Assembly (NCBI GenBank): GCA_045657705.1
Contig: JAZOTP010000045.1
Location: 9,539 to 73,538 of the forward strand
Direction of reading: 5' to 3'
Source of the DNA: Clostridia bacterium
Lineage (GTDB): Bacteria > Bacillota > Clostridia > UBA1381
Length of the DNA stretch: 64,000 nucleotides
The position numbers and the translations under genes are program-made. Positions within the stretch are counted from its first letter, which is position 1. The number at the start of each line of letters is the position of its first letter. The notes below the pieces were generated by a model. The model was not told where the DNA came from, did no database searches, and was given only the letters and a program-made list of their open reading frames with translations. This document shows positions 59,211 to 64,000 of the stretch, piece by piece.

Positions 59211-60767
59211 TTATTTTGTGAACTCGTTAGATTCACCTTTAATGACAACAGCTTTATTTCTATATTCCGGATTAGGATATCTTTCATCGTGATTAATGGA
59301 CACAGCATCTACACCTTCAATCTCCCGCATTGACTGACCGATATTACAGCCTGTGGATATCAGTTCCGATTGAAGTGCTTTTACATTTATTTCTCTTGGC
59401 GTGATATTTTCAGCAAGGGAAATACAGGTAGCAACCCCTGCCGCCTCTCCCATAGAAAGACAGCACAATATCAATCTCGCGCCGGACTGTGCATACACGT
59501 CAGACGAAAGATTTCTGCCTGCCGCCAAAAGATTTTCTACTTGCACCGGAAGCAAGCATCTGTATGGAATATCGTAACATCTGTTAGGCTCAAATTCTGC
59601 AAATTCTGCCCTTTGTCCTTTGACGTTAACAACCGGTTTCCCATCAGGAGGCGGAGTGGTGGTACCGAAGCCGCCTGAGTTACTGATGACATATTGAAGT
59701 TCGCCATTCAGCATAATGGGGGCCCATTTGATATTGCCCGTCTCCTCAAAATTATGTATATCGTATCCGTGGTTGGATATAGCAATAACATCATCGTGCT
59801 TGCGACAGAAGGCTATATCTTCTGCTGTCAATCGATATTCACCTACAATTCGTCGGCTTTCTCTGACTCCAAGCAAACTTGCCGTGGTGGTAAGAAAAGA
59901 GTTTTCAAAACCGGGAACTCTCTTTTTGATGTATTCCGCCAGCATAGTTGCTTGCTCTCTGCCTTCAAAATACATTCGGGTAAGATCTGCGTTATCAATC
60001 GGGAAGCACTTTCTAGAGTGCACAAAACAAATGCTGACCTCGTCCATACCACAGTGTTGAGGCCTGCCGGGGATGTGTGTAATCCAATTCAAATGATTGT
60101 CAGATTCAAATGGAAGAAGTCCGCTTGCAAGGTCTTCCTTAATCATTTTTGTCCAACGGCCATCGTTTTTCTTTAAATCCGAGTTTTGATAAGCCTCCCA
60201 GTTTACTCCGCCAAGAATGAACTCCAACGAACAAGCCTGGCTCATTCCATCCTCAGGGCGTCCGCTTTCGGTTTTGGCATCGGCATAATATGCAAGATCG
60301 GAGTCGCCTGTGGCATCGATAAACCGCTTGGCTGTTATATATTTTCTGCCTGTCTTTGTTTGTATAACAACGCCTTTTACAGTATCTCCATCCATCACTG
60401 CATCTACAATACTTGTAACAAGGAGCACCTCAACATTATACTTTTTTACCATTCTGTCAAGTACCAGCTTGTGCTTTTCTATATTGGTGTTTCTGTGCCA
60501 GTGTCCCTCAATCTTTTCCAATTCATCCATCATTTCTCTTCCTATTCCCGAAACGAAGTCAAGAGGAATGTTTACAAGCCCCATAGTTGCAAGACCGCCA
60601 AGGGCAGAGGTTGCTTCAATCAGCAATACCTTATAGCCTCTTTTTCCAACGGCAACAGCCGCACCAAAGCCCGCAACCCCGCCACCGGCTACAACAACGT
60701 CGTAATCGCCGTAAAACGGGATTTCTTTTACCTTTTCCATAATTTTTCCATTGTTAAAATCTATCAT
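59211..60767 (-). CDS. FAD-dependent oxidoreductase (FAD_oxidored/PF12831-like)
   Basis: [17 protein letters not shown] dinucleotide-binding motif. AAGGAG RBS. 518 aa. Confidence 0.8.
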   Translation of the reverse strand: MIDFNNGKIMEKVKEIPFYGDYDVVVAGGGVAGFGAAVAVGKRGYKVLLIEATSALGGLATMGLVNIPLDFVSGIGREMMDELEKIEGHWHRNTNIEKHKLVLDRMVKKYNVEVLLVTSIVDAVMDGDTVKGVVIQTKTGRKYITAKRFIDATGDSDLAYYADAKTESGRPEDGMSQACSLEFILGGVNWEAYQNSDLKKNDGRWTKMIKEDLASGLLPFESDNHLNWITHIPGRPQHCGMDEVSICFVHSRKCFPIDNADLTRMYFEGREQATMLAEYIKKRVPGFENSFLTTTASLLGVRESRRIVGEYRLTAEDIAFCRKHDDVIAISNHGYDIHNFEETGNIKWAPIMLNGELQYVISNSGGFGTTTPPPDGKPVVNVKGQRAEFAEFEPNRCYDIPYRCLLPVQVENLLAAGRNLSSDVYAQSGARLILCCLSMGEAAGVATCISLAENITPREINVKALQSELISTGCNIGQSMREIEGVDAVSINHDERYPNPEYRNKAVVIKGESNEFTK

Positions 60768-60783
60768 TTTTATTTTCTCCTTT

Positions 60784-60969
60784 TTAAATTTCTATTTTTA
60801 TAATTGCCTCAGATGCGCAATTTTTTGCACACATTCCGCACCCAATGCATTTTTCCCGGTCAATGTGTGCACCATCTTTATCCATCGTAATTGCTGCCAC
60901 AGGACAGCTGTATTGACATTCCTGACAAAAGCAGCACCCAGCTTCAACGCTGTATTTTACCACAAACAT
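60784..60969 (-). CDS. small 2x[4Fe-4S] ferredoxin
   Basis: CxxCxxCxxxCP and CIGCGMCAKNC motifs. AGGAGG lies 2 nt before the ATG at 60969 and 8 nt before the GTG at 60963, so the start is probably the GTG. Confidence 0.75.
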   Translation of the reverse strand: MFVVKYSVEAGCCFCQECQYSCPVAAITMDKDGAHIDREKCIGCGMCAKNCASEAIIKIEI

Positions 60970-61105
60970 CACCTCCTTTGTAAAAGAGTATATCAAAATG
61001 TATAAAAAAAGCAATGGAGATATTTGACCAAAAATAGCATTATTTTTACCTTTCTATTGACATAAAAAACTTTTATGCTATAATTTTATCAAAGAGGGTG
61101 AGAGA

Positions 61106-61969
61106 ATGAATTTGGCGGAAGACATAACGTCTTTTATAAATGCTGTACGTACTTTGTGCAATGCAGGAATATGCTTTTATGACTTAAAGGATTTTTTTAA
61201 TTATGGCAGCTACGGGGAGAAGATGAACAAGGGTCATTATTGCTCATTTTGTAAAAAGGCACGCACTTTACCTATAGGTCGCCAAAAATGTGATGAAAGT
61301 GATAGGGAAAATGCTGTCTTGCTTGCAAAACAATACAAAAAACCCTTTTTCCACGAATGTCATCTTGGAATGAGAGAACTTGTTGTTCCCTTGATAGAAA
61401 ACGATGTGCTGATTGGCATTATTTTTGTTGGACAATGCAGATTAGATGAAAATTACGAAGCTACCATCTTTGAAAAGGCAAAAAAAATAACAAATGACCC
61501 ATCAGATATAGTTCGTCTTTATAACCAATTACCTGTTGTATCAAGAGAAATCATTACGAATGTGGGGGAAATTATTTTTCATTATTTTTCTACCCAAATT
61601 CAAAATATAGAACTCCTCTTCGGCGAATTAAGAAAGAAAGAATTTACAGGCACAAGTCTGGCAGACGGCATCCGTGATTTTATAGAATTAAATTTTCAAT
61701 CCCGAATATCCACAAAAGAAATAGCTCAGGTATTTCATGTAAATTTATCATATGCTTCGCGATGCTTCAGCAAAAAATTTGGCATCACAATAACGAATTT
61801 TATATTGCAAACACGTATAGATTATGCCAAATTGCTTTTGACACAGACAAAAGCATCCATAAACGACATATCGTTCAACGTTGGTTTTGAGGATAGTAAT
61901 TATTTTTCCAGACTGTTTAAAAAGAATGTCGGGTGCTCTCCCAAGCAATACCGAGAACAATTAAAATAA
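61106..61969 (+). CDS. PocR-sensor / AraC-family HTH transcriptional regulator
   Basis: N-terminal PocR-like domain (CSFCKK...FHECHLGMRELVVPL) and C-terminal AraC double HTH. Its promoter is TTGACA, a 16-nt spacer and TATAAT. Confidence 0.85.
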   Translation: MNLAEDITSFINAVRTLCNAGICFYDLKDFFNYGSYGEKMNKGHYCSFCKKARTLPIGRQKCDESDRENAVLLAKQYKKPFFHECHLGMRELVVPLIENDVLIGIIFVGQCRLDENYEATIFEKAKKITNDPSDIVRLYNQLPVVSREIITNVGEIIFHYFSTQIQNIELLFGELRKKEFTGTSLADGIRDFIELNFQSRISTKEIAQVFHVNLSYASRCFSKKFGITITNFILQTRIDYAKLLLTQTKASINDISFNVGFEDSNYFSRLFKKNVGCSPKQYREQLK

Positions 61970-62159
61970 TGCCCGCCTATTATTTTATAGACGAGCATTT
62001 TTGCTACTTTATTTTTTCTGCCTCTGCCAGCATGTTTTCTATAAATATCCCATAACTTCTCGTAGGATCGTTTACGAAAACATGAGTCACAGCTCCCACA
62101 ATTCGACCATTTTGCAGGATGGGCGAACCTGACACGACTGTTGTCAATGGGGGATAACA
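61968..62159 (-). repeat. spoIVB 3'-end fragment, copy 3 (chimeric)
   Basis: Encodes [51 protein letters not shown] then stop. Bases 61968-62096 nearly equal copy 2, while 62097-62159 resemble copy 1. Confidence 0.8.
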
Positions 62160-62164
62160 AAAGG

Positions 62165-63460
62165 TTATATGCTGATAGTCAAAGAATCTGTACCTTTTAC
62201 TAATGATTTACGGTATTCCTTTTCGTAAAATCCTTCAGCGTCAACAGTTATATCGTAATCTCCATAAAACCCGGAAAACTCAAATATACCGTTGCTGTCG
62301 GTTTCGGAAGTGATGCATGTATTCCATTTGCGTTTTATTAAATGTTCCAAGGTGTAGTAGGATTTCTTTTTACGCATATATTCATCGATCAGGCAACCGA
62401 GACAATCTCCCTCATTTTCCCAGGCATCTCCGTCCTTAAGATTCCAGTATATGATGCCTTGCATATTGGGAATGCTGAACCATAGCCTGTATAATTTTTC
62501 AAGGATTTCTGCCTGAAGATCTTCGCCTTCCTCCTTGTTTATCCCTTCATAAACCGAAGGAATGGTTATTTCGGATATATACATTGGAACACCGAGTGTG
62601 GACATCTGATGATATGTATTATAGATGTTTTCAAGACTTGCTTCTCCTGAAATGTGCCTTTCGATGCAACTTTTCCCATTAAAGAAATGGAACTGAAAAC
62701 CGATTGAATCAAGACGAATTCCTTCTTCGAGAAGTTTTTTGTTTTCATCATAATATTTCTTGGCATATTCGCCGTAGTTTACGTGCGTTGTTTCGTTTCG
62801 TTCCATGATACAATTAGCAGAAAAAATTTCTCCGGCTGTTTTAAGCATCCACTTAACAAAATCCTCTACGGGCATAGGAAGCCACGACATATTCTTCCAG
62901 CTTCCATTAGTCTGATAGGATTCATTTACAACATCAAACAGATAATATTTTCCGTCGTACCTTTTTGCAACCTCTTTTACATAGGAAATCCACTTTTCCT
63001 TAAGACTATCAATGTCCTGATGCACCCAGTCGGGAACCCAACGTCCGCAAAACAACGGCTGTCCTTTTGCTTTCATATTGTTTGCTTTTGCAAATTCCAG
63101 CACACGGTCTGACGGTGGTCTGCGATAGATTTCCTCACTGCCTTCTTCAAATCTGAATTTTCCGGGTTCTGTTTCCATTACGCCCCAACAAAAAGTTGTT
63201 GTTATTAAGTTGAACAAATTTGAAACAGCATCGCGATATTCGTGCTCTTTTTCGCCCATATCACCTATCATCAGTGCACTTGTACCAAAATCAAATGCGT
63301 GCTTTTTCTGTTCAACTTTAATTTTTGCTTGAACAGGCACACCTTCTTTGTTTATAACCTTGATTTTGAAGGTGCCTTTTCTGTATTTATCAATGTTCTC
63401 ATTAATCTCCGGCAACAATCTGTTAAAGGTTTCTCTGTAAATTCTGATTTTTTCTTTCAT
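62165..63460 (-). CDS. glycoside hydrolase family 10-like (endo-1,4-beta-xylanase-like), no signal peptide
   Basis: FDVVNESY (acid/base) and YISEITIPS (nucleophile) motifs. AGGAGG lies upstream of the ATG at 63460. Confidence 0.75.
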   Translation of the reverse strand: MKEKIRIYRETFNRLLPEINENIDKYRKGTFKIKVINKEGVPVQAKIKVEQKKHAFDFGTSALMIGDMGEKEHEYRDAVSNLFNLITTTFCWGVMETEPGKFRFEEGSEEIYRRPPSDRVLEFAKANNMKAKGQPLFCGRWVPDWVHQDIDSLKEKWISYVKEVAKRYDGKYYLFDVVNESYQTNGSWKNMSWLPMPVEDFVKWMLKTAGEIFSANCIMERNETTHVNYGEYAKKYYDENKKLLEEGIRLDSIGFQFHFFNGKSCIERHISGEASLENIYNTYHQMSTLGVPMYISEITIPSVYEGINKEEGEDLQAEILEKLYRLWFSIPNMQGIIYWNLKDGDAWENEGDCLGCLIDEYMRKKKSYYTLEHLIKRKWNTCITSETDSNGIFEFSGFYGDYDITVDAEGFYEKEYRKSLVKGTDSLTISI

Positions 63461-63470
63461 AACATCCTCC

Positions 63471-64000
63471 TTAAAGCGCAGTCTGGGTGTCATTAGGGTC
63501 GCCGTTTATTGCAAGATCATATTCAAGAGACCAATCGAGTCCACGATATTCCTCACCGCGAGGATCGTTTTTAATAAATTCCATAAGCATATCAAGCATT
63601 TCTGCCGTCCATGTGTTTCTGTCAATCTGTGCAGTAGTGAATTTATTCTGAGTAATCATCTCAAATCCGAATATATCTTTAACCTGAGTTTTTGATGCTC
63701 CGTCTACAACCTCTGCCACAAGATGACTTGGTATAAATAACACTCCACCGCCTGCACCGAATACAATATCTCCGGGCAGTACTATGGCATTGCCTATTCT
63801 TGTGGGTGTATTAAAGCCTGTCATGATAAAATCACGTATAGGTGTCGGGTCAATACCACGGTAATAAACCTGAACATCTTCAACCTTTTTCATCTGCTCA
63901 ACATCTCTTACCCCACCCCAAATTACACCTCCGCCGGTTTTGGTCTTAGTTTTTATGGCGGTAGTTAAATTTCCGCCTAAAAATGTGCCTTTATATATTT
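63471..64000 (-). CDS. RraA-family protein (RraA / 4-hydroxy-4-methyl-2-oxoglutarate aldolase-like), N-terminus beyond the window
   Basis: The frame stays open from 63893 to base 64000 (…GGNLTTAIKTKTKTGGGVIWGGVRDVEQM…). It has RraA-like GG...GxVxDGxxRD-type and GDIVFGAGGGV motifs. Confidence 0.7.
   Translation of the reverse strand, partial: IYKGTFLGGNLTTAIKTKTKTGGGVIWGGVRDVEQMKKVEDVQVYYRGIDPTPIRDFIMTGFNTPTRIGNAIVLPGDIVFGAGGGVLFIPSHLVAEVVDGASKTQVKDIFGFEMITQNKFTTAQIDRNTWTAEMLDMLMEFIKNDPRGEEYRGLDWSLEYDLAINGDPNDTQTAL

Noticed and set aside
55771-62159. skin-like developmentally excised intervening element in a sporulation gene
   Set aside because: Known intervening elements interrupt mother-cell genes and carry a dedicated recombinase. 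spoIVB is forespore-expressed, the copies are 3' ends only (not a split gene), and no recombinase is present in the window.
61900-62160. 86-aa ORF on the minus strand
   Set aside because: It reads repeat copy 3 in the wrong frame and then runs antisense into the 3' end of the PocR/AraC gene. The SpoIVB-like frame is a different one.
1-64000. CRISPR arrays, tRNA/rRNA genes, IS elements
   Set aside because: I saw no short regularly spaced direct repeats, no GC-rich cloverleaf-like segments in intergenic regions, and no transposase or integrase-like translations in any frame of the ORF track. Absence is by visual inspection only.

Overview
This is a low-GC chromosomal segment from a spore-forming Clostridia-type Firmicute, judged from spo0A, the rnfCDGEAB operon, AGGAGG-type ribosome-binding sites and sigmaA-like promoters. 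I found no rRNA, tRNA, CRISPR array, transposase or integrase by eye.

Bases 1 to about 44,450 are ordinary core genome:
- A lysine-riboswitch-controlled asd-dapA-dapB operon, then rplS, lepB and recQ.
- Two cell-wall or surface proteins.
- rnfCDGEAB, followed by a ComEC-like MBL hydrolase plus DUF3006, then ftsH.
- A GH31, metallophosphoesterase and SGNH esterase operon.
- A preQ1-I riboswitch upstream of a YhhQ transporter, then lexA, metK, a GH127 enzyme, trxB, eda-kdgK, potABCD and spo0A.

From about 44.7 kb to the window end the content is accessory:
1. A six-gene minus-strand operon (44715-51012) encodes an uncharacterised glycyl radical enzyme with a Cys-x-Glu (C-x-E) active-site loop, an SMP-30-like protein, two esterases, a DMT transporter and the radical SAM activase. 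A divergent AraC regulator sits beside it.
2. A decayed sugar-utilisation locus (52.2-54.8 kb) holds three adjacent broken genes.
3. Three direct, mosaic copies of only the 3' end of spoIVB (55771-55962, 59008-59197, 61968-62159) delimit unrelated gene cassettes. One is a phage-like XRE/ImmA/DUF4417/DUF6883/DUF4926 module, one is an FAD-oxidoreductase/ferredoxin/PocR-AraC module, and one is a GH10/RraA-like module.

spoIVB normally sits directly upstream of spo0A. I read the repeat pattern as serial site-specific insertion into the 3' end of spoIVB, with the recombinase absent from this window. All similarity statements come from reading translations and hand alignment. No database search was run.
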